DNA from: Octopus vulgaris
Lineage: Eukaryota
Direction: 5' to 3'
Assembly: GCA_951406725.2 (NCBI GenBank)
Contig: OX597821.1
Location: 64,728,001-64,792,000, forward strand
Length of the DNA stretch: 64,000 nt
Positions 1-13,599 of the stretch are shown piece by piece. The translations under genes and the position numbers were made by a program. The notes under the pieces were generated by a model. It saw nothing but the letters and a program-made list of their open reading frames with translations. It was not told the origin of the DNA and searched no databases. Each line of letters starts with the position of its first letter. Within the stretch, counting starts at the first letter, position 1.

Positions 1-1270
<1,270 letters not shown>

Positions 1271-1919
1271 ATCCCTATACATTTAAGTAACTTCTTACTC
1301 ACAAACAAATATATAACTATTCAACTATTCAACTATTCGATGGATAAATTTCTATTTTCATTAGTAATTCAAGTCATTTAAGCAGAAGCTATCTCGCTGA
1401 TTATTCAACCGCGAAATCTATAATGCTGATGTAAACCATGGCAGGGTTTAGAATTTTTTTTTTGTTAAATTCTAAACTATCGGTCGTAAAAGTTAGAACG
1501 AACACAATGGTATGACTATCAACATTAAATGTGATCTTCAATAACATTTTAAGTATCCCGTGTGCATCAACGTTTAAGAGAGAATAAAATCAATGATTTT
1601 AAATCAATAATAATAGAAACACTTCAGTATCTTAACAAATAAACGCTCAAACTGGTTATACACTGATATGTATGCATTTATGTATGTATGTACGTGTTTT
1701 CATGTATGTATGTACGCATGTATGTATGTATGTTTTAAGTATGTGCGCACGTATGTAATTTCAGAAGCACACGTACGTACAATCGAATATATACATACAC
1801 ATAAGCAATACAAATGTCCACTTATCTATCTGTATATGTCCTCTCTCTCTTTCCCTTTCTCTATTTCTCTCCCTCCCCCTCTCTCTCTCGGTCTCTCTCT
1901 CACTCTCTCTTTCTGTCCC

Positions 1920-1985
<66 letters not shown>

Positions 1986-1986
<1 letters not shown>

Positions 1987-2217
1987 GGCCCAGTGGTTAG
2001 CGCAATGGACATCTCTCTCTCTCTCTCTCTCCACGAACCTCCGTCGGGGGGGGGGCGATCCCTGCGGTAGTCTTTCGCCACAACTTTCTCTCACCCTTTC
2101 TTGTTGGCCTGCTTGACTAGCCAGCGGGGTGGCGTCATTTGAAGGCTAAAACAGTGCGAAGAGCATTGTGACCAGCTATGTGTAACAACATCGGATAAGC
2201 CTGGTCGGTCACGGTGA
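1986..2217 (+). mobile_element. tRNA-headed SINE family C, internally deleted, tail type 1
   Basis: A-box TGGCCCAGTGGTTAG, then the block CCACAACTTTCTCTCAC shared with 25329 and 34019; different 3' tail. Confidence 0.65.
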
Positions 2218-2604
2218 TATATATATATATATATACGTACATACATACAAACATACATACATACAAGGCCTAGTGGTCAGCACGTACGCGATATCGTGGT
2301 TTCAGTTCTTAGACTGGGTGGTGCGTTTTCTTTCTGAACAAAGCACTTCATCTCACTCTGCTCTTCGAAGACTTGCAACCCTGACGCGTAGTAAACCGTG
2401 CACCTGTTCAGGCAACGTCGATGCGATGGGGGCAACGAGCTAAAGTGCACCACATTTATCACCATAGAAAAATCATTTGTGCAGTGGTTCGGCTAAAGCT
2501 TAACATTCATACGTTGTCCATTATTACCCATCATCATATATATATGTGTGTGTGTGCGTGTGTGTGTGTGAATGCATGTAGCACACTGAAGCTATATATA
2601 TTCT

Positions 2605-2974
2605 TTTTTACTCTTTTACTTGTTTCAATCATTTGACTGTGGCCATTCTGGAGCACCGCCTTTCAAATCGACCCCACGACTTATTCTTTGTAAGCCTAGT
2701 ACTTATTCTATCGGTCCGTGTTCCCGAACCGCTAGGTTAAGGGGACGTAAACACACCAGCATCTGTTGTCAAGCGATGTTGAGGGGACAAACACATACAT
2801 ATATACACATATACGTCGGGCTTCTTTCAGTTTCCGTCTACCAAATCCACTCACAAGGCTTTGGTCGGTCCGATGCTATAGAAGACACTTGACCAAGGTG
2901 CCACGCAATGGGACTGAACCCGGAACCATGTGGTTAGTAGGCAATCTACTTACCACACAGCCACTCCTGCGCCT
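2605..2974 (-). mobile_element. tRNA-derived SINE family A
   Basis: Reverse complement starts AGGCGCAGGAGTGGCTGTGTGG, has a B-box-like GGTTCAGTCCC, an internal TA/TG tract and a (GTAAAAGA)n tail; more than 10 copies in the window. Confidence 0.9.
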
Positions 2975-3711
2975 ATATATGTATGTGTGTGTGTGTGAGA
3001 GAGAGAGAATGTATGTGTGTGCGTGTGTTTTAATGAATATAACGATTGTACTTTTTATTGGTACAGATCCCGCTAGGAATAAGGCAATTTAGCACTTTGT
3101 TTAGATTTACAATTATTTCGCGATATTAAAATGTTTAATACACTCTAAGGCTCTTAGCTTCATCTCTTGTCTCTTGAAACTGAAGAGCTAAGAAGAAGAA
3201 AAAGGAAAATGAATAAATAAATAAATAAACAAACAAGGATAAATATAATGCCCAAATACAATACATTACATTATTTAACATGAAACTCAAAGTAGCTCTG
3301 CCTGACGTGATGCTTAACGTCAAGATTCTTTCCTACTCTAGGCACATGGACATTGTATTTCAAAATGTTGGTAAGTATACTTAACAACAAGATTGTGAAA
3401 TACGACGTCCAAGGGAGGCAGATGTTTCTGCATATGGAAAAAAAGGATTATATCGATACAATTAGCATCTGACAGAAAAATACTAATTTCAGAACACCAT
3501 GATTAAATTCTTTAAAATGAATCCCAAAATTCTGCAATAAATGCAAGCAAATGTACTCTTTCGCAAACAAGTTGCAGAGGAATTAAAGAATAAAGACTAT
3601 GTATATATGTAAATACATATATATATATATACATAACTATATATGTACATATATGTGTCTGAGTGTATGCCTGTGTTTGTTTGTGTGTCTGTGTATATAT
3701 ATATATATATA

Positions 3712-3905
3712 TAGGGAGAGTTTACGAAAAAAACAAAAGACGAAGACAGGTGGTATACAAAACAAACAGATGTATTAGTATAACGCTCAGGACTAGAAAA
3801 AGTATTTTACGTTTCGAGCCTACGCTCTTCTACAGAAAGGGACACAGAAAAAAACAAGGAGAGAAACAAGGAGAGAAAAAATGTGTGTAGTGGCTAACGA
3901 TCAAT
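3712..3905 (-). mobile_element. Solo pseudo-LTR end of Penelope-like family P1, with A6U hammerhead at 3805-3839
   Basis: Homologous to 22530-22725; minus strand reads CTTT CTGTAGA A GAGC GTAG GCTC GAAAC GTA AAA; abuts (TA)n. Confidence 0.8.
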
Positions 3906-4424
3906 CATATGCATATATACATACACATATATATGTATGCATATATTTGTTCAGAACACTTGAATTATACATAGAAAGCGAGCGCTTGATCCATAATATC
4001 TCAATTCGCAAAATCACGCCGCAGATAGTTTCAATAATGCAACAATAGACATCACAGAAAGAAAATAATATGTCCGCTCAAGACGCTTATTCAAATCTTA
4101 GAAGAAGCTAATCAAATTTGGAATACCACTTTAGGTTTAATATTTGTGTACCAACGTCCAAGAGGTATAAACAATAGAATATATATTGCGTAATATATAC
4201 AAATACATAAGGATTAAAGTCACCCATAGTATTGGAGAATTTGTTATTGTGAAGAATAGCGTTTTAAAAACATTTTGTCAATGACCCATTTTATTTATCT
4301 CTCAACCCACTGAAGGGTCAGGACGTGCAGTTTGAAAAACGGTGGTTTATATTCTGCATTTTGCATCCACTTGCATCTTCTTTTCCTTTTCTTTTCTTCT
4401 AGAACACCACTTCCGATGTAATAA

Positions 4425-4479
<55 letters not shown>

Positions 4480-4524
4480 CATACATACACACACACATAT
4501 GTATATGTGCACAAACAGACACGA

Positions 4525-4584
<60 letters not shown>

Positions 4585-4589
4585 ACGTA

Positions 4590-4930
4590 GATGCTGTAAC
4601 AATGGGTTCCTCATTCAAAACCTATTTTAGCGGGCATTTTTTCGTAGGTGGTAACCAAAATATGAAGATACGACCAACCAACAGTACGTGTGTGGTGGAT
4701 GCATTTGTCATAATGGATACTCGCTGACAGATGGAAAGAACATAAAAATACGTCAAAAGCAATCCTCTACTAAAATTCAAAATCCATAGCGGTACAACTC
4801 AAACTGCTGTGCTACAACAATGCCATTTATAGAGGAAGACATTCACGTAAAAAAATATGTGGTGCATCACATTCGGTTATATCAAAGACGATATCCAAAT
4901 TGTACGCTCAAAAAGATTGTTATTCAACCG
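4590..4930 (+). pseudogene. Possible highly decayed Penelope-type reverse transcriptase fragment
   Basis: Frameshifted pieces DAVTMGSS / PILAGIF / YV..DAFVI resemble the PLE RT motifs GVAMGSPLGPILANIF and YVDDTFVI. Confidence 0.35.
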
Positions 4931-5763
4931 GCTTGTAAAGTGGATGTTTGCAAGCTGATGGCAAAGAAAATATATAGAATATACTATTTTTTGTGATAAA
5001 CAGAAATGATATTTGAATTTGAGATATGGAGGTGCGATTTGGACGATCTTGAATTTTTTTCTCTTTCTCTTACTCTTAACCCCATCTCTCTCTTCCTCTT
5101 TTTCCTCATTTACCTCTTATGTAATAACTACGCACAAACGCTTTAACTAATGCACACATGTGCACGCGTACAAAAGTATGTGTGCATGCTTATATAAATT
5201 ATATAAAGTAATGTCTGCAGTATCTTAACAGGTTCTCAGGAGGCGAAGAACGTGAAGGAGCAAATGCTTATATTACGCATTGAGAACATTTTGTTCGTAA
5301 GCAAATGAAGTGACGTCCTTAATTTTCATCAATGTGTCTATGCGTTCTTCAATTTTTCTTACGAATACACTAATTTATTATTGTTTACTTAAAAAAACAC
5401 ATATAAGTGTAATATGGAATCAGGTCTCGTTTGTCTATCTTATAATGTTAGAATATTATATAGTAGAAAGATGCGTGACGTTTGTAAATAAAAAAGATTA
5501 CTTGGATAACCATTTCTAATTGTGATTAATGATAAGACAATGTTAAAATAAGCTTTGGAGCATTGTCCTGTCTACTATTTCAAATGGTCTTCTTCCTACT
5601 TATGAAATCATTCCTGTTAAAACTTTAAAAAATATAGATTTATGAATTGGAATTCTGAATATGAAAAATATATTTAGGTATCAGTAAATTCCTTGATGCT
5701 ATCACAGGATGACCATCAGTAGCAAGTGAGAACTCATGGAGACTTCTACTGTTCTCATTTAGC

Positions 5764-5965
5764 TATGATGTTTTGCTATCAGCTACAATTCTAGTAAGAT
5801 GGAACGTCTCAGAGAATGACATATGCAAATGTTGAAAGGTCGGAACACTGAAACATATTCTTTCCAACTGTTCATTATAATTCAACAGGTATACATGGAG
5901 ACACAACCTGGTCCTTAAGGTTATCTTCAATGCTATAAAGAACCAAATTGATCTTAACAACAGTG
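5764..5965 (+). pseudogene. C-terminal relic of an RLE-type non-LTR retrotransposon (R2/NeSL/Hero group)
   Basis: One frame reads YDVLLSATILVRWNVSENDICKC*KVGTLKHILSNCSL*FNRYTWRHNLVLKVI: CCHC knuckle plus RHN motif, two stops. Confidence 0.75.
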
Positions 5966-6179
5966 AAAGAAACCGTTGAAAGTACCTACTAGAGATTTCA
6001 TTAGCCTCGTGCGCTCAGGTTAGCGAATTCGTTTCAAGAACAAGACACATCCAGTGAGCGATGTGACCCTTTGTCTAAACAATAGCAAAATTAATTTTTC
6101 ATAAATGTTCTTTCTTTTTCCTTTCGTCAACATATAAAAGGTAAGAGGTATTTCTGTTGCACCCTGTATCTATCTATCC

Positions 6180-6253
<74 letters not shown>

Positions 6254-6262
6254 TTATCTATC

Positions 6263-6295
<33 letters not shown>

Positions 6296-6448
6296 AACAG
6301 ACAGAGAGAGAAAGAGAGAGAGAGAGAGATAGTTGAAAATATAGGGAAAACAAAGTCTGTATATATATATATATATATACATAGATACATATATAGATAT
6401 ATATATACATACATGTATTTATATATATCTTTATATATGTATATGTAC

Positions 6449-6499
<51 letters not shown>

Positions 6500-6695
6500 C
6501 AAACGAAGGAAAACGCAATTCCTTCAAAGGGATGTAAACCTCCAATTTATGTTATATTATATTATATTATACTTTTTATAGTACATTATATTATAATGTA
6601 AATAAACTTTAGTTTGCCAATCGCATTTCTCAATTTCATTTAATATATGTGTATATATATATATACATATACATACATATATATATACACATATG

Positions 6696-6770
<75 letters not shown>

Positions 6771-7127
6771 GCATATATATATATAGATATTGTATGTACA
6801 TATATATGTATATATTTATATAATGCAATAAAAATGGTAAATAATTTTCCTGTGGTTTTTCATGTAGCCAACAATTATTTACCGGTAAATTTCGGTATGT
6901 AAATACGACAAAATAATTGTCAAGACCTTTGTAAGGTTCAGTATATAGTAAAGAAAAATAAGTTGGCTAGCAGCGAGCTGTTTCACCTCATACCGAAAGA
7001 ATTAGAAATGGCAGTCAAAGACCCTTTTTTCCATTTCTATAAGTGGAGATTCCAAAAACGAAGGCCCTTGCGGCTTACATACACAAAACCGGAGTGGCAA
7101 ATATACGAATTCAGTCACTTACCGTTA

Positions 7128-7197
7128 ATAGCGAACACGGTGTTTCTGGATCACAAACATAAAAAAAGGGGAGTTTGAATTCCTTCTTCAGCGCTAT
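7128..7197 (-). ncRNA. Type I hammerhead ribozyme, inverted copy
   Basis: Reverse complement of the 7851-7920 motif. Confidence 0.8.
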
Positions 7198-7850
7198 ATT
7201 CGTTAGCTTTATCAAATGCCACCAGCCCTCACTTCTGACCCAGCGACATCAGATAGTGGGGGGAATTGCGCAGATGCTAAAACCAAGTAACGACTGGGAA
7301 CGTAAATTTTCCCTCCAAAATTCTGCTATGCGCGCCTTCTGGGTAATCGTAATGGAATGAGGAATCCACATGGTAATGCAATAAAAATGGTAAATAATTT
7401 TCCTGTGGTTTTTCATGTAACCAACAATTATTTACCGGTAAATTTCGGTATGTAAATACGACAAAATAATTGTCAAGACCTTTGCAAGGTTCAGTATATA
7501 CTAAAGAAAAATAAATTGGCTAGCAGCGAGCTGTTTCACCTCATACCGAAGGAATTAGAAATGGCAGTCAAAGACCCTTTTTTCCATTTCTATAAGTGGA
7601 GATTCCAAAAACGGTAAATAATTGTTGGTTACATGAAAAACCACAGGAAAATTATTTACCATTTTTATTGTATTACCATGTGGATTCCTCATTCCATTAC
7701 GATTACCCAGAAGGCGCGCATGGCAGAATTTTGGAGGGAAAATTTACGTTCCCAGTCGTTACTTGGTTTTAGCATCTGCGCACTTCCCCCACTATCTGAT
7801 GTCGCTGGGTCAGAAGTGAGGGCTGGTGGCATTTGATAAAGCTAACGAAT

Positions 7851-7920
7851 ATAGCGCTGAAGAAGGAATTCAAACTCCCCTTTTTTTATGTTTGTGATCC
7901 AGAAACACCGTGTTCGCTAT
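7851..7920 (+). ncRNA. Type I hammerhead ribozyme, array copy 1
   Basis: Stem I ATAGCG/CGCTAT; core CTGAAGA; stem II GGA..CAAAC/GTTTG..TCC; GAAA; quasi-palindromic stem III ACAC-C-GTGT; GUU cleavage triplet. Confidence 0.85.
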
Positions 7921-8403
7921 TAACGGTAAGTGACTGAATTCGTATATTTGCCACTCCGGTTTTGTGTATGTGAGCCGCAAGGGCCTTCGTTTTTGGAATC
8001 TCCACTTATAGAAATGGAAAAAAGGGTCTTTGACTGCCATTTCTAATTCCTTCGGTATGAGGTGAAACAGCTCGCTGCTAGCCAACTTATTTTTCTTTAC
8101 TATATACTGAACCTTACAAAGGTCTTGACAATTATTTTGTCGTATTTACATACCGAAATTTACCGGTAAATAATTGTTGGTTACATGAAAAACCACAGGA
8201 AAATTATTTACCATTTTTATTGCATTACCATGTGGATTCCTCATTCCATTACGATTACCCAGAAGGCGCGCATAGCAGAATTTTGGAGGGAAAATTTACG
8301 TTCCCAGTCGTTACTTGGTTTTAGCATCTGCGCACTTCCCCCCACTATCTGATGTCGCTGGGTCAGAAGTGAGGGCTGGTGGCATTTGATAAAGCTAACG
8401 AAT

Positions 8404-8473
8404 ATAGCGCTGAAGAAGGAATTCAAACTCCCCTTTTTTTATGTTTGTGATCCAGAAACACCGTGTTCGCTAT
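8404..8473 (+). ncRNA. Type I hammerhead ribozyme, array copy 2
   Basis: Same motif, +553. Confidence 0.85.
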
Positions 8474-8956
8474 TAACGGTAAGTGACTGAATTCGTATAT
8501 TTGCCACTCCGGTTTTGTGTATGTGAGCCGCAAGGGCCTTCGTTTTTGGAATCTCCACTTATAGAAATGGAAAAAAGGGTCTTTGACTGCCATTTCTAAT
8601 TCCTTCGGTATGAGGTGAAACAGCTCGCTGCTAGCCAACTTATTTTTCTTTACTATATACTGAACCTTACAAAGGTCTTGACAATTATTTTGTCGTATTT
8701 ACATACCGAAATTTACCGGTAAATAATTGTTGGTTACATGAAAAACCACAGGAAAATTATTTACCATTTTTATTGCATTACCATGTGGATTCCTCATTCC
8801 ATTACGATTACCCAGAAGGCGCGCATGGCAGAATTTTGGAGGGAAAATTTACGTTCCCAGTCGTTACTTGGTTTTAGCATCTGCGCACTTCCCCCCACTA
8901 TCTGATGTCGCTGGGTCAGAAGTGAGGGCTGGTGGCATTTGATAAAGCTAACGAAT

Positions 8957-9026
8957 ATAGCGCTGAAGAAGGAATTCAAACTCCCCTTTTTTTATGTTTG
9001 TGATCCAGAAACACCGTGTTCGCTAT
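8957..9026 (+). ncRNA. Type I hammerhead ribozyme, array copy 3
   Basis: Same motif, +1106. Confidence 0.85.
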
Positions 9027-9509
9027 TAACGGTAAGTGACTGAATTCGTATATTTGCCACTCCGGTTTTGTGTATGTAAGCCGCAAGGGCCTTCGTTTTT
9101 GGAATCTCCACTTATAGAAATGGAAAAAAGGGTCTTTGACTGCCATTTCTAATTCCTTCGGTATGAGGTGAAACAGCTCGCTGCTAGCCAACTTATTTTT
9201 CTTTACTATATACGGAACCTTACAAAGGTCTTGACAATTATTTTGTCGTATTTACATACCGAAATTTACCGGTAAATAATTGTTGGTTACATGAAAAACC
9301 ACAGGAAAATTATTTACCATTTTTATTGCATTACCATGTGGATTCCTCATTCCATTACGATTACCCAGAAGGCGCGCATAGCAGAATTTTGGAGGGAAAA
9401 TTTACGTTCCCAGTCGTTACTTGGTTTTAGCATCTGCGCACTTCCCCCCACTATCTGATGTCGCTGGGTCAGAAGTGAGGGCTGGTGGCATTTGATAAAG
9501 CTAACGAAT

Positions 9510-9579
9510 ATAGCGCTGAAGAAGGAATTCAAACTCCCCTTTTTTTATGTTTGTGATCCAGAAACACCGTGTTCGCTAT
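9510..9579 (+). ncRNA. Type I hammerhead ribozyme, array copy 4
   Basis: Same motif, +1659. Confidence 0.85.
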
Positions 9580-9886
9580 TAACGGTAAGTGACTGAATTC
9601 GTATATTTGCCACTCCGGTTTTGTGTATGTGAGCCGCAAGGGCCTTCGTTTTTGGAATCTCCACTTATAGAAATGAAAAAGGGTCTTTGACTGCCATTTC
9701 TAATTCCTTCGGTACGAGGTGAAACAGCTCGCTGCTAGCCAACTTATTTTTCTATATATTTATATACATATATATGTGTGTGTGTAAATGTTTGTGTATA
9801 GATTTATATGTTTAAGTCTAGGCTTATCTGACTATCAATCTATTTCATTTGCACGTTACCAAAATGGCAACACACTACATATAACT

Positions 9887-10114
9887 GGCAGCGAGCTGCA
9901 GAAACGTTAGCACGCCGGGCGAAATGCGTAGCCGTATTTCGTCTGCCGTTACGTTGTGAGTTCAAATTCCGCCGAGGTCGACTTTGCCTTTCATCCTATC
10001 GGGGTCGATAAATAAAGTACCAGTTACGTACTGGGTCGATGTAATCGACTTAATCCCTTTGTCTGTCCTTGTTTGTCCCCTCTATATTTAGCCCCTTGTG
10101 GGTAATGAAGAAAA
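9887..10114 (+). mobile_element. SINE family B with target-site duplication
   Basis: GGCAGCGAGCTG head, B-box GAGTTCAAATTCC, ends AAGAAAAT; ATATAACTGGCAG at 9879-9891 and 10116-10128. Confidence 0.9.
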
Positions 10115-10874
10115 TATATAACTGGCAGGATGGATACGAAGATCCTTGAAGACACGAGGCCAAGAAGTCATTCTGACCTTGTGAGGGTCCTTTGTTCTCG
10201 GCCACCTGGACTACAGTTTTCAGCTGTGGTCAATACATCTGCCATACAAACAGCAGGACGTGAAGCAGCCCAACACCACTACAATAAAAATATTGTAACT
10301 GTGCTGTAGATGGACTACAGGGAGCGGTTGAAAAAATCTCGACCTTATTCACTGGAGTGAAGGCGCACGAGGTATGTATTAATCCCCATATAGAAGATTC
10401 TGAAAGGGTTAGTACCTAATTTCTACATTGCTATAACAATGCTCGAAGTGGGCTCCATTATGTTATACTAAAATGTACCATTGATCTATCTAGATTCGGA
10501 ACCAGGTACTGCAGTTGCTTAGGGCTCAAATGTCCACAGATATTCAGCCCCCTGTCGAAAAATTAAGAAACCCACACAATGTTGACGTAGATGTCTTCAA
10601 AAATACCGCAGGAGCTATCGGTACGGTATGAGGTATAATTGAGGGCAACAGCTTCAAACGCCATTATACACTAGATGGGACAACAACTACAGGAAAAACA
10701 CATACATGAGAGGTGATACGAAACACCACCACCCTGAAGATGTCAGCCAAAGAACAATGACGTTTAAGAGTGAAAAACCACGATGGTACTCCAGTATGAC
10801 AGTGAAATGGCTGAAAGGAGTAAAATTATAAAAGTATTTACATATATATATATATACATATGTATGTATGTATG

Positions 10875-10933
<59 letters not shown>

Positions 10934-10979
10934 ATATATGCATGTATAATATATATACGTATGCATATATGTGTGTGTG

Positions 10980-11018
<39 letters not shown>

Positions 11019-11541
11019 TCACATATACACAAATCTATGCATGTGCATATCTACTGAGTTCGTGCAAGTGTTTCTGTTGGGTATATGTATGTGTATACTT
11101 GTGATGTGTGTGCGTGTGTGTGTGTGTATGTGTGTGTGAGTGCTTGTGTGCCTACAGGCATACGCACATTACATACGAAGAGAAATACAAAATATAAATG
11201 AATGTATCAAAATATAACTTTGTCAATTTTATGGGTTCTAATAAATGCCGCTTTCTTCATTGTTTCTGCTATTGTTACTCTTACAGAAAGTTTCAGCCGG
11301 AAACGGAAATGCTCTTTAGGATAGTATCAATGGATTTGGCTTCTATTTTGTTTTTATGTTTTACTACTTCAAACAACACATGAAAGTTAGACTCAGGATA
11401 TACTCTTCAAAGTAGAAAGATATATAAGGCAAAATGACTAACGTAATAAATATTCAGTTCATATACCTCATAAAAACAACACAGGATGACAAATCACGCC
11501 TTTCTCTCTCCCTCCCTCTCTCTCTCTCTTTCTCTCTCTCC

Positions 11542-11596
<55 letters not shown>

Positions 11597-11614
11597 CAGA
11601 CAATACATACATAC

Positions 11615-11656
<42 letters not shown>

Positions 11657-11686
11657 CATATACATATATATATATATATATATATT

Positions 11687-11912
11687 ACGGAGATGTACTC
11701 GCATAGCAAGTAATTTGATCTGAGATCGTGTGCTGAAACGAAAACAATTGCAGCGTGGAGGTGTTTATATATTTAAGAAACACACAAAAGCCGTTATATC
11801 CAACATTTAAGTTTAATGTTGGAGTGAATCTTAAACTTAAATGTTGGAGTGAATCGAACGGCTTTTGTGTGTTTCTTAAATGGCTTATAAACATCCCACG
11901 CTGCAATTGTTG
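11687..11912. mobile_element. Short palindromic element embedded in (TA)n
   Basis: AACAATTGCAGCGTGG..AAGAAACACACAAAAGCCGTT is inverted as AACGGCTTTTGTGTGTTTCTT..CCACGCTGCAATTGTT. Confidence 0.75.
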
Positions 11913-11946
<34 letters not shown>

Positions 11947-13216
11947 TATACACATGCCATATACATATATATATATATACATATATATTATATATATATA
12001 TGCAATATACAATTTCTAAATGGGATTCAGGAAATCAAGGCGTTTTAGTTTACGTGTGTGTATGTGCGTGTTCGTGTGCATGTGTGTGAGTATATGTATG
12101 CAAAAGGGAGTGCAAGTGAGAAAATGTAATACGGTTTTATTCATGAAATACATTGCCTGCCTATCTCCAACAGTCACATCATTTCGTTTGCCGGTGTGAA
12201 AGGTAAGATAGCCAATAGTTTTGTACGTATTAATATTAGAATTCCAATGGTGAACATATGGGTATGAATGCATAAATGTCATTTCATATTCCTCTTACCT
12301 TACATTATGTGGTATTCTATCATTGATTCTATAGTAGAGATGAAAACAAAGCTGTTTGAAAGAAACGAAAAATGGTGGTGTACTTCGCACTATTTATATG
12401 ACCGTCTTAATTTTCATCATAGTTTTGTTAACAAATATTGCTTATTGTTGGTTAGTGTTAACCCAAAAGAGGTAATATTTTCAATTTGTGATCATGAGTA
12501 ATATCTAAAAAGAAAGTTTCACACGGTCCTCTCCCTGACTGAACCACGAAATATAGGTATCTGTTTCTCAATCAGATGATATTTTCTTGATCCTAGTAAT
12601 TCTTTGTATTTATGATAATTAACGCTTAGTTTAAGGCGGCGAAATAGCAAAGTCGTTAGCAAGTCAGAAAAAAAAAATTGGCAGCATTTGTTCCGGTTTT
12701 TTACGTTCTGAGTTCAAATCCCGACGAGGTTAAATTTACCTTGCACCTCCTCAGGGTCGATTTAATATAGAAGCAGTCAAATACTGGGGTCTAGTTTGTT
12801 TTCTCCTCTCAAAATTGATTGTCTTGAATCCTGCTATGTTCAGGAAGAATGTTACGATCTCAGTGACTTACACGCCAAGGAAACTAGATAACCGGACTAA
12901 TGAGTTAAAAATAAAATATTTGATTTGGGGCTCAAGAAAATAACGTTTAATTTGCATTGCTGTGGCTAAAATCTGTGTTATCTTTGAATTAGTTTTGTGC
13001 CCTGAGTTCTAGTGGGTCCTGTAGGAACTATTAGAGAGAAAGGCCCAGTGTGAAGTAGTTTTGAGAACGATAAATTAGTTTAAAATATATTCCATCGCAA
13101 ATTATAAGGATCCATATCTACAATGTTCGCTAAATGTAATGTAAAGTTAAACTGATGAGCGATAATGCCTTTGCAGACAAAGTCAATTAAGAAAATGTGA
13201 AAATTATTTTTATCTT

Positions 13217-13316
13217 NNNNNNNNNNNNNNNNNNNNNNNNNNNNNNNNNNNNNNNNNNNNNNNNNNNNNNNNNNNNNNNNNNNNNNNNNNNNNNNNNNNN
13301 NNNNNNNNNNNNNNNN
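13217..13316. other. Assembly gap, 100 N
   Basis: Run of N. Confidence 1.
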
Positions 13317-13375
13317 TAGTAGCTTAGAGTAGGCTCGAATTAGAGATTATTCTTTGTGGCTAATGGTGTGAGTCA

Positions 13376-13487
13376 GAAGAAGAAGAAGAAGAAGAAGAAG
13401 AAGAAGAAGAAGAAGAAGAAGAAGAAGAAGAAGAAGAAGAAGAAGAAGAAGAAGAAGAAGAAGAAGAAGAAGAAGAAGAAGAAGAAG
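13376..13487 (+). repeat. (GAA)n microsatellite
   Basis: Direct. Confidence 0.95.
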
Positions 13488-13599
13488 CACTGCTGTAAAC
13501 AATGGTTGTAAGCTAGAATATTAAAACGTAGTGCCCATGCTCAACAGACCTCTAGGTCAATCTGTGCCAAGCGGCGTCACTCTGCTTGCTTTAGCTTCC

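Larger units (their letters stand above)
6821..9752. repeat. 553-bp tandem array with an internal inversion: about 1.4 units (6821-7612) then about 3.9 inverted units (7612-9752); one hammerhead per unit
   Basis: Identical ORFs recur at exact 553 spacing (7870/8423/8976); inversion junction AAAAACG|GTAAAT; both ends abut TA tracts. Confidence 0.95.

Noticed and set aside
6963-9532. Repeated 71-aa and 61-aa ORFs in the 553-bp array
   Set aside because: TTG starts, no recognisable motif, antisense to the ribozyme; identity simply reflects the repeat.
10310-10810. Possible old mariner remnant
   Set aside because: Only a TIR-like start and no clear transposase motif.
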